Below, one piece after another: positions 45,357 to 56,803 of a stretch of 64,000 nt of DNA. Within the stretch, counting starts at the first letter, position 1; each line of letters opens with the position of its first letter. A program made the translations under genes and the position numbers. The DNA is from Naegleria gruberi (taxonomy: Eukaryota): the NCBI GenBank assembly GCA_000004985.1, contig GG738849.1. One strand, given 5' to 3'. Below the pieces are notes generated by a model. That model had not been told where the DNA came from. It worked only from the letters and a program-made list of their open reading frames with translations, and did not search any database.

Positions 45357-46349
45357 ATGATTTCTTCATCATCGGAGCAACTCGACTTGTTAAATTCCAA
45401 AAATTTTGTATCACCAGCAGAGTTGGCCTATCTGGATTGTTATTTGGAGGATAGGACGAAGAATAGCGATGTGGATTATAGTAGAGTCTATCAAGAAGCT
45501 AAGAAACATATTACATGTATGAAAAAAGCAACATTTAACAAATCCAAGATAAAGTCTCTGTTAGGGGAAGGTGATTTGGAATCACAGGAAAAATCATATA
45601 ACTCGGTGGTGGAAAAACGATTAAAATTTCTGGAATTGGTAAATGATAAATTATCAAATTCAATACAATTTATGGAAAATAATCAAGATAAGGATTTAAA
45701 TGTAAAGATTATTATGGAACAATTTACTACGACATTCGAATTTGCAGCAAATATTATTCCTGTACCAACAGTTGAACCAGGAGAGGAAAAACCACAAAAA
45801 AAGAGAAAATCGAAACAATTAGAAATTGACACAAGTGTTGCTACTACTTCCTCTTCTACGACAAATCATACAGCAGAAACACCAACTGAAACGCCAACAT
45901 CTGTTTCAGAAACACCAACTGAAGCAAAGGTGGAATCCACTCCAAAGAAGAGAAAGTTCAATAAGAGAACAGAAGCCTCAACTGCCACAAAGGTTCTTAA
46001 TGATAGACTTTCATCAATTTTAGAGGAATTAAATAACCATGAACATGCTGATATTTTCAGAGATGAAGTTCCAAAAGATACACCTCATTACTATGAAAGT
46101 ATTTTACAACCAGTTTGCTTGACTCAACTCAAAAAAAAACTAGAAAAGAAGGAAATTACAACAGAATTGGAATTGAAGCATCAACTCTTATTAATGTACC
46201 AAAATTGTATTATGTATAACGATGACGATACTGAATACTATCAAGCAGCTAAAGAAATGAAACAGTTTACAATTGATTTGTTTTCTACTGGAGCCAATAC
46301 ATCCCAATCTAATACTAAAAAAGTACAAACAAAGAAAAAAAAGAAATAA
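45357..46349 (+). CDS. Bromodomain-containing protein
   Basis: C-terminal bromodomain HADIFRDEVPKDTPHYYESILQPVCLTQLKKKLEKKEITTELELKHQLLLMYQNCIMYNDDDTEYYQAAKEMKQF with the conserved Y and N positions. 330-aa single exon. Confidence 0.75.
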   Translation: MISSSSEQLDLLNSKNFVSPAELAYLDCYLEDRTKNSDVDYSRVYQEAKKHITCMKKATFNKSKIKSLLGEGDLESQEKSYNSVVEKRLKFLELVNDKLSNSIQFMENNQDKDLNVKIIMEQFTTTFEFAANIIPVPTVEPGEEKPQKKRKSKQLEIDTSVATTSSSTTNHTAETPTETPTSVSETPTEAKVESTPKKRKFNKRTEASTATKVLNDRLSSILEELNNHEHADIFRDEVPKDTPHYYESILQPVCLTQLKKKLEKKEITTELELKHQLLLMYQNCIMYNDDDTEYYQAAKEMKQFTIDLFSTGANTSQSNTKKVQTKKKKK

Positions 46350-46354
46350 ATAAT

Positions 46355-47380
46355 TTATTCAATATTCTTAGTGATGGAAGTTATTTCAATCTCTGTGCCT
46401 GCCAATTCTCTTCTTAATGATGAAGAATTTGTCATTGAACTAGTTGTAATACCAGTACTTGATTGACTTTCCTTCTCTGTAGCTGAGGCGTTTGCTGGAA
46501 CGTCAGGTTCTGTTTCCAATAGAGTTGAGAAAGAGTTCTTCAATCTTTCCCATCCATCGAAATAAACAGCAAGGAAATACATTGATGTTGCTTGCAGAGT
46601 GGAATTCCAATAAACTAATCTAGTAAAAAATGATTTTGGTGTATAAACAGAGTACATGAAAATTCCAGCAATTCCTCCTAGTAAATTTAAATGTTGACTG
46701 GCAAGTGAAACTCCTTCTGTACTTCTAGCTTCCCAAGTTACAAGTAATTGTGGAATGTGACTGATAATTTGAGAAATTGGTTTGATCAAGTTAGTATATG
46801 GAATTGTTTCAGGATATGAAACTCCACAAAATAAAGGAACAATTGGAATAAAAATACAAAGCAAGAATATTCTTCTATTTGTAAAAACAGTAAACTGGAT
46901 CATAAAGATAATATGTTGAGCAATATTGAAAGCACCATAAAGAACAACACTCAATGCTTCACCCATCAAGTATGAATTCACTCCCAAATATGCAGATCCG
47001 ATGAGTTTTAACAAAATTCCTGTTGTACTAAATCCTTTCACTGATTTTCTCTTGTAATTTAAATAGGCTTGTGGCAAATATTGTACTGTAAAACAAAATG
47101 TTGCCATATAACCGGAGATTGAAGCCAGTGATGTGAGCAATGATGGTTGCAATTCTGTATCCGTTGTAGCAGCCTCAACAGAATCATTAAAGGCCAATGT
47201 TATTACTAAAGAAACTATAAAAGATATTATTGGTGAGTAAATAGCAAAATTCGATGATGATGATGACTTGGCTGATGATGGCCTCATCGCCATGATGGAT
47301 TTAAATCGTGAAAGAGAGGATGATAACAACGTAGAGGAAATATCCATGATGGTGTTGCTTGGAGTTGTTGTTTCCTTCAT
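46355..47380 (-). CDS. PQ-loop repeat (cystinosin/PQLC2-like) seven-TM transporter
   Basis: Two PQ-loop motifs: TVQYLPQAYLNYKRKSVKGFS and a second IPQLLVTWEARSTEGVSLAS. Seven hydrophobic segments. 341 aa, single exon. Confidence 0.7.
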   Translation of the reverse strand: MKETTTPSNTIMDISSTLLSSSLSRFKSIMAMRPSSAKSSSSSNFAIYSPIISFIVSLVITLAFNDSVEAATTDTELQPSLLTSLASISGYMATFCFTVQYLPQAYLNYKRKSVKGFSTTGILLKLIGSAYLGVNSYLMGEALSVVLYGAFNIAQHIIFMIQFTVFTNRRIFLLCIFIPIVPLFCGVSYPETIPYTNLIKPISQIISHIPQLLVTWEARSTEGVSLASQHLNLLGGIAGIFMYSVYTPKSFFTRLVYWNSTLQATSMYFLAVYFDGWERLKNSFSTLLETEPDVPANASATEKESQSSTGITTSSMTNSSSLRRELAGTEIEITSITKNIE

Positions 47381-47680
47381 TTTTTTTCAACGTTAAATAG
47401 GTGATGTTTAGGGAGGGCGCCACATTAATGAAATACAAGAAGAATTGACAACAGAATAGAAAAAATTGTACAAGTTCCAAAATCAAAACTAGATAGAGAG
47501 GTGTTGGAAGAAGGGAAAATTGATTAAGAATCAAGTACTTGGCCAAATTCATTAGCAAGCAAACCATCAGTTTTTAAGTATTAATTCTTAGAACTTGGGT
47601 ATTGATATTTGTCTAATTCCCAAAACAACCAATAGATCAGAGGCGACATCCTTAATCCCAAATTGAGTTACCAAATGTAC

Positions 47681-50600
47681 TCAAATATTAACATTCAAAA
47701 CACCAACTTCACCTTCAGAAGTAACAAATACGAAAGAATTGGATTGCCCAACATCATTATAACTTCCAAAACCACCTCTAATAAGATTCTTGATGGAACC
47801 TGTAAATTGCTTACAAGTGGATTTGACAAGAGATTCGTATTGAACTCCCTTCTCTGCCTCAACAAGAAAGTGATTTTTCAAGTAGGCCTTCTTTGGATTG
47901 ATGTAATACTTCTCTGGTGAAAGGGTTGTACTCTTCGATTCCTTATTCAATAAATCTATGTAATAGTAAAGGTTGGTGTTTTCGAATTGATTCCAATTTG
48001 CTGATATTAATCTATCCTCATCCTTGATCTTGTATTCATTGCTTAGTTTCCTCGAGCCAATTCTCTCTTTTTGATTGAGACCCAAGATTTTCAAATCCCC
48101 ATCTATGTAGTCAGTTACCAGAATATTGTAACTGTTAGAACCACTTGATGGTATCAGAGCACAAGACAATGTAAGCATTCTATTGTTTGTTTTGTCAACA
48201 ATCAAAAGCTCCTCAACTTTTTGGAAATCTCTCCTTACTCGAATTAATCTAGTTTGACCTCCCAATCCACACAATAACAAATATATATCCAATCCATGCT
48301 CAATTATATCAAAGCTATTAACTATAAAATGGAGAGATCTGAATACAGGACTTCCTCTATTGAAGTATTTGGCATACACTGGATAAGTTAGCTCTCTTTC
48401 TTTGGTGTAGTCCAAAAGCTCATATCTATCAATAAAATCAATGTTAATTTTGTTAGATTCCTTTCCTATCGAGCAAAGATGTACCATGTTATTAAATATC
48501 AAGAAATATTTCCCGTCAGAATGACTGATTTGTTGGATTTTGATGAATATAGATTCGTTATGATAAGGGAATGGTTGCTCCCCAAGAATAGTTGATTTCA
48601 ACACATTGAGAGATTCGTCCAGAACTGCCATCCATGCAATAGAAAGTAGTACAGAACCTCCATCACTTTCAGTACTTGATGGTAGCAAAAATGTTGTTAG
48701 TATTGGTACCATTATGACTTCGTCCTCCTCTATTTGAACTGCTGTAATGTCACAAATAGAATGACTCTTAATGATACTCTTCTCATTCAATTTCAATGAT
48801 TCAGGTAGAATATCTTCAGCACTTATATACTTTTCTTGGAAAAACTCATTCTCAGTGTCCATATCCAGTACACATTTAAATATTAAGGAATTAACTTTTT
48901 CTGAGACTAGAGATCTTTCAGTGCATGCTACAAAGTAGCTTTGTGATCTTCCCACGTTAATACTTTTAAGTGGCTCTATGAAATCTTCACTTTTGGTTTT
49001 AAGAAGTAGTGACTTCCATCTAATCTTTCTCTCTGAGGCCATCTCACAAAACTGAATTGCGCCACCCTCTGGTTGTTCAATCAGAGCAATTATGCATTCA
49101 CCAAATTGTGATGTGGTTATATTGGAAATAGAGATGGTTTTACCTGGATACCTCTTCTTTTCATTTTCGTGAGTAAATACAGTTTTCAAAATCCTTCTCT
49201 TATCCATCGTTGATTCCTCAGCCACAATTAGAATGTCTCTATTACTGCTGCAATACACAGCTTCCTCTCCTTTCTCTGTTTTGATCTTCTTCAAATTTAC
49301 AAATGATTCTCCAACAAATATTTCTTCCTCTTCAGCTGAACTTCCAAGGATTGGTGTAATAACACATTTCCCTTTTGATAAACCCAGCACTGCAACACAT
49401 TGTCCATCAATTTCATAGCTGATGCATGATCTAATGGTATCATCCAGCTTTTTTTCTGACACAATCTGCCAGGTGGAAACCTCAACAATATAAACTGAAT
49501 TAACAATCCAAAAAGATACAATAGCATATTTCTTGCCCTTAAAGTCAAATATTGAGAAGCAGGAAACTTGATTCTCGAAACTATTAGTAGACACCTTTTC
49601 CAGTGATAATGGTCTATTCTTGAGCTCAAACTGTATCATTTGATTTTTTCTCGAAATGAACACCTACAATTGAATTAAATTTCAAGCATTAATCTTAATA
49701 CTTACTGTTCCATTCGACTCAATTTCTGCACACATAAACTTTTCTCCGTCATTTTTAAATAAGTAAACGCATGACGTAGCAAAGTTCGAATATTGTATCT
49801 CAAATAAACCAATATCTACCTCTGTTACCATTTCAAAGAGTGAGGATGTTGGAGTTTTCTTGAACTCTCTGATAGCAAGTATTTTCTTTTTTTTACAATC
49901 CAAAGAAGGTATTTCAATAGGAGCCATATCAAAAGTTGAAAATAAGCTGGTCCCATGGTCCTGTGAAAACAGTACCAATGAGTTTTCCTTTAACGTTAGA
50001 CTGTTAATTATTGAGTTAATAATTACTGTTTGAGGATTACTTACACAAACAGATCGGAAGATCCTTCAATGATTGAGTTTTCACAAAGTGGCATGAAAGG
50101 CACAAGTCTACTTCCTGATTGACAAACACTAAATCTAGCAGCACCCTTAATATGTTGTGTATATTGATTGAAAGACCCTGAGAATGAAGTGCAAACCAGT
50201 CTTGAATCTCTGGTCATATTAAAACTATGCAAGTACCCATGAGTGATACTTCCCAAGCATGGTAATTGCTCCTCATCAATACTACTCCCAACACTATCAT
50301 AATAGTTTCTCAAGTTCAATTCTATACCATTTATGTTTGAATTCTTCTCCGCAATATCAATCCATTTTGTTTGGGTATTTTCAAATGGAGAGCTGATGAA
50401 TAATTGTGAATAACTCGAAGAATGAGTAAATAAAAGAAAATCTCCAACATTTTGCTTTACCAACGATGAGGGACTATGTTCAATAGTTATATTGTTCGCT
50501 GATTCTCCTAATGAATTTTCCAATGACAACTTGACAATATGGAAACTTCCGTCAGAATACTGACACAAAAACTTCTTTGTTGTGAGATATCTGGCTGATC

Positions 50601-51745
50601 TAATCTTCTTTCTTTCTTCCTTAATGCATACTACATGACATGGACATAATAAACTGTTGAAATTGCCCAATTTTAAAGGATGTTCTTTGACAATACCGGT
50701 TTTGGAATAGTACACAATGCTGCAAGAACTGAAACACAAAACTCCAAACTTAAAAAGCAATAAGCTAATCAATTAATCTAAATTACTCACATTACCTGAC
50801 TCTAGACATGTTGTGGTTGGATGAATGTTGAAAACAGAAAAAGGCCCTATCGATGCTTTTAAAAAAGCACTGGAACTGAATACTCTCGATGTTTCTACCT
50901 GTCCCGTTTCAACCTTAGTTGTAACATCCAAAACGAAACTTGTTAAAAATGTGTGAGGAATGGCAGGCAATGAGTAATTTGAATCGTCATAGTCGCCAAC
51001 ATACTCTTGCAGTAAAACAGCCAATTCAACATTTGTCTCTGAAAGACTTCCTTTTAGAAATCCCATATCCATAATTTTAAATAGTGATTTGGTATTCAAA
51101 GAGGACTGTGGTCTTATTTCAAATACTTTGCTTTCCACTGAAATTGTTGATTTCTGATTATATACAAGCCTAAAGTAATACAAATATTGATTGTATAATG
51201 AGAGAACTATTTCACTAAAATTTCTCATTTTCCTACATCTTCCAATTGGAAATACTGTCCTCTAATAAAATAAGAATTGAATAGTATTGAACTACTCACA
51301 CTTGAATCTTCCAACTTCTTTTCCAAATCAGTAGCACTTTTTTTATCTGAAGCATAGTTCAATAGACACAGTGATCCTTCCTCAATCACAATTATCAACT
51401 GATCCATCTCAATCCTAATCAAAAACCAATTCAACTCATAATCAATCAATAAAATATGATCCAACATCTCATTCATAAATTGCACAGTCATTAATTTAAT
51501 CACTTTCTTTTCAATCTTGTCGAATTGTATTGTTTTGTTTTCAAATGAATCCTCCTCTTTACAATACTTGAAAAAGTGCAATTTGTTTCCCTAAATAATT
51601 TTAAATAATTCAATTAAATAGTCATCATTCTCCGATAAACACAAACCTTCGACTCGAGAGCATACTCTGCATCATCCTTAAAAAACCTTCCATAACAACA
51701 GGCACTTATCGATTGATCTTCCACCAATTGTTTAATATCAATCAT
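47681..51745 (-). CDS. DDB1/CPSF1/SF3B3-family (CPSF-A-type) triple beta-propeller protein, divergent. Seven exons: 51745..51647, 51590..51237, 51153..50796, 50684..50045, 50000..49706, about 49663..47681 plus one small adjustment. Six introns of 42-111 nt.
   Basis: N-terminus MIDIKQLVEDQSISACCYGRFFKDDAEYAL resembles the DDB1-type N-terminus ([20 protein letters not shown]). The overall length of about 1,150 aa and the propeller-like repeats fit the family. Donors GTTTGT, GTAGGA, GTAATG, GTAAGT, GTAAGT with AG acceptors join ORFs 51225..51581, 50773..51228, 50041..50772, 49682..49978 and 47681..49663 in consistent phase. One coordinate disagrees with the ORF track by 1 nt. Confidence 0.55.
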
Positions 51746-51880
51746 TTTACTTCCGAATTTCCCTTCTCATACAAAATCCAACAACAGAGCAATAGTAGCA
51801 AGCCTTTGGGTTGCTTCTTTTTTAATGTGATTTAAAAAAATCATTCCGTACAAAAACAGATAAAAAAGGAGGGAAAAAAA
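51746..51880. promoter_or_regulatory. Short AT-rich divergent intergenic region of about 135 bp between the beta-propeller gene (minus) and MnmE/GTPBP3 (plus). Putative bidirectional promoter.
   Basis: The start codons of two divergent genes are 135 bp apart. The spacer contains A/T homopolymer runs (aaaaaaa, ttttttaa) typical of dictyostelid promoters. Confidence 0.4.
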
Positions 51881-53710
51881 ATGCACAAGACAACTTTGAT
51901 AGGCTTCACAAAGGCTACACAAAATATTCAAATTGTTGGGAAGGCTTGTTCTTCTTCTCATGTTCTTCTTCTCCGAGACTTGTTGATGAGTAATAATAAT
52001 TGTAGAATAAATAATTTTCGGAAGGGATCTATAATGATGGATTCATTGATTATTAATAATTATAATATAAGAAATTATCAAAGTCTTGTAGGAGGAGGTA
52101 TCAGGGCACCAAAATTTAAAACTAGTTTTAATATTGGAAATATTAGAAAGGGAATTAACAAGATTGAAAAGAAGGAGGAAGAGGAAAATTTAAATAATAT
52201 TCATAATGATACGATTTATGCAATGGCGAGTGGATTTACATCGAGTTGTGCTGTTTCTGTGATTAGAGTGAGTGGAGCCAAAGCAATGAATGTTGTCACT
52301 AAAATGACAAAATTAAATCCAGAAAAAATTGAATCCAGAAAGGCCTATTATTGTTCCCTTCACGATCCAAACAATATCAATATTCCAATAGATAAGGTGC
52401 TACTATTGTATTTTAAAGGGCCAAATAGTTTTTCTGGAGAGGATATAATTGAAATTCATTGTCACGGAAGTAAGGCTGTTGTTAGTCAATTAATGAAAGC
52501 TTTGGGAAGTGAAATTGTTGGATATAGACCTGCTGACCCAGGAGAATTTACCAAACGAGCATTTTTAAATAGGAAAATGGATTTAACAGAAGTGGAAGGT
52601 TTAAGTGATCTTTTACATGCACAAACAGAGCATCAAAGAATCCAAGCTCTGAAACAAATTAATGGTGAATTAAGCCATATTGTGACGAACTGGAAAAGAG
52701 AAATGCTTCATTGTGTAGCACATGTAACAGCATTTATTGATTTTGGAGACGATAACGGATTGGAAGAGTCGGTTGTATATAGAGAGCGAATTATGCCTTC
52801 AGTTAAAAAGTTGGCATCAGAATTAGAATACTATTTGGAAATTTCAAAGAATAGACTTGGTGAAAGATTAAGAGAAGGAAATGGAATTCGTTGTGCCCTC
52901 TTGGGTGCTCCAAATGCCGGAAAGTCTTCCTTGTTAAATATTTTGGCCGAAAAGGATATTGCTATTGTTAGCGACCAAGCAGGCACAACAAGAGATGTTG
53001 TGGAAGTTCAACTCAATCTTAAAGGTTGGCCTGTCACAGTTGCTGATACTGCAGGTTTAAGAGATCAAAAGAATGATATTTCATCTGAAACAGAACTAGG
53101 TAAACACTACTTGATAGAAATTGAAGGAATGAAAAGAGCTATTCAAAAAGCTAAGGAAGCCGATATTATTTTGATTGTCATTGATTCATCCGATAGTCTT
53201 GCATCTGCCAATCAAATGTTAGACTCCTGCCTTGAACGGCTCTCTGAAAACAATCATCAAATATTGGAACAAAAGAAAATATTCGCCATCTTTAACAAGA
53301 TTGATTCACGTGACAATGTAGATTTCATTGGACCTATTAATACAGCAAGTGGAAAAGATATTCCAACATTTGCAGTCTCTTGCATTACAAAAGAAGGAGT
53401 CGATAAACTGATAGAACGTATTGGAACAACAGTGGAAAATATATTTACTGGAAATGATGAACAATTCTTCACTAAGGATGTTGGATCTCAACAAGCTGAA
53501 CATGCTCTTTTAATTACCAGAGAAAGGCACAGAATTTCCTTCACCAAAACTCTTTTATTCCTCAATAAGGCACTTGAGGATAATAAGCAAATTGAGTTGG
53601 CAGCTGAACATATTCGACAAGCTCACAAAAGTCTTTGTGAAGTGACAGGAGATGTTGATTTCGAACAGATTCTAGATGTGGTTTTCAAAGAATTTTGCAT
53701 TGGCAAATAA
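51881..53710 (+). CDS. GTPBP3: tRNA modification GTPase MnmE/TrmE (mitochondrial GTPBP3/MSS1 homologue)
   Basis: G-domain motifs GAPNAGKSSLLN (G1), GTTRD (G2), DTAG (G3) and NKID (G4), and the characteristic C-terminal FCIGK. Long N-terminal extension consistent with an organellar presequence. 609-aa single exon. Confidence 0.85.
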   Translation: MHKTTLIGFTKATQNIQIVGKACSSSHVLLLRDLLMSNNNCRINNFRKGSIMMDSLIINNYNIRNYQSLVGGGIRAPKFKTSFNIGNIRKGINKIEKKEEEENLNNIHNDTIYAMASGFTSSCAVSVIRVSGAKAMNVVTKMTKLNPEKIESRKAYYCSLHDPNNINIPIDKVLLLYFKGPNSFSGEDIIEIHCHGSKAVVSQLMKALGSEIVGYRPADPGEFTKRAFLNRKMDLTEVEGLSDLLHAQTEHQRIQALKQINGELSHIVTNWKREMLHCVAHVTAFIDFGDDNGLEESVVYRERIMPSVKKLASELEYYLEISKNRLGERLREGNGIRCALLGAPNAGKSSLLNILAEKDIAIVSDQAGTTRDVVEVQLNLKGWPVTVADTAGLRDQKNDISSETELGKHYLIEIEGMKRAIQKAKEADIILIVIDSSDSLASANQMLDSCLERLSENNHQILEQKKIFAIFNKIDSRDNVDFIGPINTASGKDIPTFAVSCITKEGVDKLIERIGTTVENIFTGNDEQFFTKDVGSQQAEHALLITRERHRISFTKTLLFLNKALEDNKQIELAAEHIRQAHKSLCEVTGDVDFEQILDVVFKEFCIGK

Positions 53711-53765
53711 TTTATTTACAATATAATGTCATTTCGATTTAGATATAGTTGTTATATGATCATGT

Positions 53766-54285
53766 TTAATCCGTGAAACCCACTCCATCTCTTCTATAAA
53801 ATGTTTTAGTTTGAGCCTTTTTTCCTGTTGTCAGTTGGGCATCGCTTGATCTTTTTCCTTCTAAAAAGTTTTTCTCAACCAACCATCCAATGGTTTGGCT
53901 AGAAGAAACTGGAAAGTTATATTTCTTGGTTGGGGATTCCTCTTTTCTTGATTTCAGGTAACTCATTCTACCTCCTCCTTCTTTTGATACTCCCTCATAA
54001 ATTAATTTTCTTTGAGGGTGATTTGCAATAGTATTTTTTATCTTTTCCTTTTCCGCAGCTGCTTTTATAGATTGATGAAGTTTTTCCTTTTCTTCTTGTA
54101 CTTTTTCTGGATAGTATTTTTGATTCCATTGTTTCCTTATTGCTAAAAGTTTGTTAGATCATGATGATGATTTGATGATATCAAAATAACATACTTGACT
54201 CCTTTTCTATTGCTTCTTTCCAATGCCTACTGAGAAAACTAACTCCTCCATCAGGTCTGCCACCAGAAGATGCCTTAGATGCCAT
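53766..54285 (-). CDS. Small Lys/Glu-rich protein, unknown function. Two exons: 54285..about 54199 and about 54139..53766.
   Basis: ATG at 54285 (MASKASSGGRPDGGVSFLSRHWKEAIEKES), then a GTATGT donor, an intron of about 59 nt and acceptor ...caataAG. The sequence continues RKQWNQKYYPEKVQEEKEKLHQ...MSYLKSRKEESPTKKYNFPVSS...FTD in phase into ORF 53766..53966. Confidence 0.45.
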
Positions 54286-54463
54286 TTTTTTGTTTTGATT
54301 TTTTAAATATACCTACGACCGTTATTAATTAGCGCGGTTAATGAAATGTATACTGACATAAATCAATATAGCTATTATTTTAGCCTTACAAGGGTAATTC
54401 AAATAATATTGTACAAAAATAACAATATTCAATAAGATTAATTGTACAATAATTTCGAGAACT

Positions 54464-56803
54464 TTATTTCCAACTCCATGAATTTTGTGTTTGTTGTGGA
54501 TATCTATTTTGTTGAGTAAAGAAACCAGAATATGCTTGTTGTTGTTGTTGATTCACACCATAAGGATCTACTTGTTTTTGTTGGTGGTTTGGTTCAGTTT
54601 CAGTTGCGTTCATTCCCCAATCAACATTATTTTGTTGTCCTTCGTTTTTGGCAAATGTAATATTTACATTAGGGAGTAAAGCTCTAAAGCTGTTTTGAAG
54701 ATCAGCATTATTAAACATTTGTTCGTTACCTTGTCCATTAGATGAACCTCCAAAGAATCTACTTGTTTGTTGACCAGATCCTGATCCAGATAAATAAGGT
54801 ACTGATTGCATATTCCAATCCATACCATGTCCTCCATAAGGGTAGTGATGTGGCATTTGTTGAGGTTGAGATTGTTGAGATGGTTGTTGTTGTTGTTGAG
54901 GTGGTGCATCAGAAGATGGATTGCCTCCAAAGAATCTAGATGATGTTCTCTTTGTATCAACGTTTTGATTACCATTTGACCAAGCATCTCCATAATATTG
55001 GTAGTAAGGATCATATTGGAAGGTAGCAAACAGCTGCTGAACTTGTTGTGGATATCCATAATATTGGTTTTGCACTTGTTGATAATTTTGTGGAGCAGTG
55101 AATGAATTTTGTGTTCCTTGTTGTGTTTGATCCATTCCAAAACCATTAAATCCATTTGTTGTTGGTTTCGAGTCAACCAATGCAAGTAAAGCAGATCTAT
55201 CACTCGAAATAGGTTGTTGTCCAGATTCAAGACCAAGCATTTCCAAAGTTGGATGTGTTTCTAAAATTTGAGATTCAACTTGGTCTAATGTACTCTCTTC
55301 ATTGATATTTATATTATCAATAACACTGATTGCAACCTTTTCTTGGTTTTCTGATATTAAATCTTCACCACTTGGATCAGTGCTAGATCTTCCACTACTG
55401 CAAGAGTTAGCTTCTGTATTATTAGTATCATTAGTTGTTATTGTTGTAGTTGAAGCTTCTGTTGTTTCTGTGGAAGCCTCAGTTGCTTCTGTTTCTTTTT
55501 GTTTTGATTTCTTGTTCTTGTTCTTATTCTTATTCTTGTTTTTAATCTTATTCTTCTTCTTACTCTTTGTAATATTTGTTGGTAAATTTACAGGTATTAT
55601 TGGAGAAGTAACAGCTGGAGTTACAATAGGAGTAGTAGGTTGTCCCCATCTTGCTGTTTTAGGAAGTATCGATTCTTTGCTATTATCTAACACTTTTGTT
55701 GTTAAATCAGCATATTCTGTTTGTACTTCATCATCTTCTTCCTCTTCTTCACCATCATCATCACCTCCATAATAATAATCATCAATGCTATGATGATCAT
55801 ATTCATGTCTGCTCCTACTGGAAGAACTTGTTCTTGGTCTTGTATTTCCTATGGAGTCATCAGCATAGTCATCATCTTGTAAGTCCTCTTCTAATAGATT
55901 ATCATCGTCGTCGTCCATGATATCATAATGACGAAGTGGATTAGAACGGCTATTTGCTCCCCCAGCAGACAAATCATCATCCTCATTAGATTCATCACCC
56001 TCAGGCTCCTTGTTAGAGTTTTGATACTTCCAGAAATGTTTATCTATCGGTTGTGAATCATCATCAGGTGGATAAAACTGAGACATTTTCTCTAAATTGT
56101 GTGGAACTGGCAAACCATTCCTCAGAACAATTTCATCCTTATTAAAAGTATCTTCATCGTTCCCATATTCGTGTAGATACATACAGTCAGGATTCGTACA
56201 AGGAATACCCTTTAAAAAGTATGCACAATATTTTGTTGTACCAAAAGATGCTCGTAATTGTTTAGCGTCCAAGTAAGTTTTGTCAACAGCCCTAATAGCT
56301 TTATAGGCATCCTCCTTTCTAACATAGGTAATATATGCACTCACTGTAGGAGTTCTATTAGAAGCAATATGTGTTGAATTATGTAAATTACTCTTGTTGA
56401 TTACTACTTTTTTGATTTTACCATACTTTCCGAAATTGTCTTGATGTTTTAACCAATCATGTTTAGCAACAACCAGAGTTAGTCCAACCACATAGACCAA
56501 ATTACGCTGTATAACCCTAACATTTGCGAGTTGTTTTCTGTTAATGTGTGGTTTTTTCTTCTTCTCCTTTTGCTTCTTTTCTTGTTGAATTAATTCTGGA
56601 TCTGGAGGAGTAAATTCAATGTTTGATTTCTCGTATTCTCTTCTACAATTTGGGCAACGTTTGCTTGTATTGTCGATCTTGTTCCAACACCAAGAGCAGA
56701 TTTTAAATCCACACGGACAAGGTTGGAAATGTTTGTCTGTAATGTCCAAGTCTTCGCAGCAAATTGGACAAGTTGTATCTTCGTCGCTTGAATAATCACT
56801 CAT
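54464..56803 (-). CDS. CNOT4: CCR4-NOT complex subunit 4 (NOT4/Mot2) RING E3 ubiquitin ligase
   Basis: N-terminal C4C4 RING CPICCEDLDITDKHFQPCPCGFKICSWCWNKI...CPNCR, then RRM (LVYVVGLTLVVAKHDWLKHQDNFGKYGKIKKVVI) and C3H zinc finger (CAYFLKGIPCTNPDCMYLHE) in the canonical NOT4 order. Long Gln/Asn-rich C-terminus. 779-aa single exon. Confidence 0.85.
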   Translation of the reverse strand: MSDYSSDEDTTCPICCEDLDITDKHFQPCPCGFKICSWCWNKIDNTSKRCPNCRREYEKSNIEFTPPDPELIQQEKKQKEKKKKPHINRKQLANVRVIQRNLVYVVGLTLVVAKHDWLKHQDNFGKYGKIKKVVINKSNLHNSTHIASNRTPTVSAYITYVRKEDAYKAIRAVDKTYLDAKQLRASFGTTKYCAYFLKGIPCTNPDCMYLHEYGNDEDTFNKDEIVLRNGLPVPHNLEKMSQFYPPDDDSQPIDKHFWKYQNSNKEPEGDESNEDDDLSAGGANSRSNPLRHYDIMDDDDDNLLEEDLQDDDYADDSIGNTRPRTSSSSRSRHEYDHHSIDDYYYGGDDDGEEEEEDDEVQTEYADLTTKVLDNSKESILPKTARWGQPTTPIVTPAVTSPIIPVNLPTNITKSKKKNKIKNKNKNKNKNKKSKQKETEATEASTETTEASTTTITTNDTNNTEANSCSSGRSSTDPSGEDLISENQEKVAISVIDNININEESTLDQVESQILETHPTLEMLGLESGQQPISSDRSALLALVDSKPTTNGFNGFGMDQTQQGTQNSFTAPQNYQQVQNQYYGYPQQVQQLFATFQYDPYYQYYGDAWSNGNQNVDTKRTSSRFFGGNPSSDAPPQQQQQPSQQSQPQQMPHHYPYGGHGMDWNMQSVPYLSGSGSGQQTSRFFGGSSNGQGNEQMFNNADLQNSFRALLPNVNITFAKNEGQQNNVDWGMNATETEPNHQQKQVDPYGVNQQQQQAYSGFFTQQNRYPQQTQNSWSWK

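Noticed and set aside
54485-55920. Several ORFs on both strands within the CNOT4 gene (54485..54679, 54664..55236, 54742..54939, 55302..55772, 55696..55920)
   Set aside because: They overlap the Gln/Asn-rich and KNKNK low-complexity coding of CNOT4. CAA/CAG and AAGAAT repeats leave alternative frames open.
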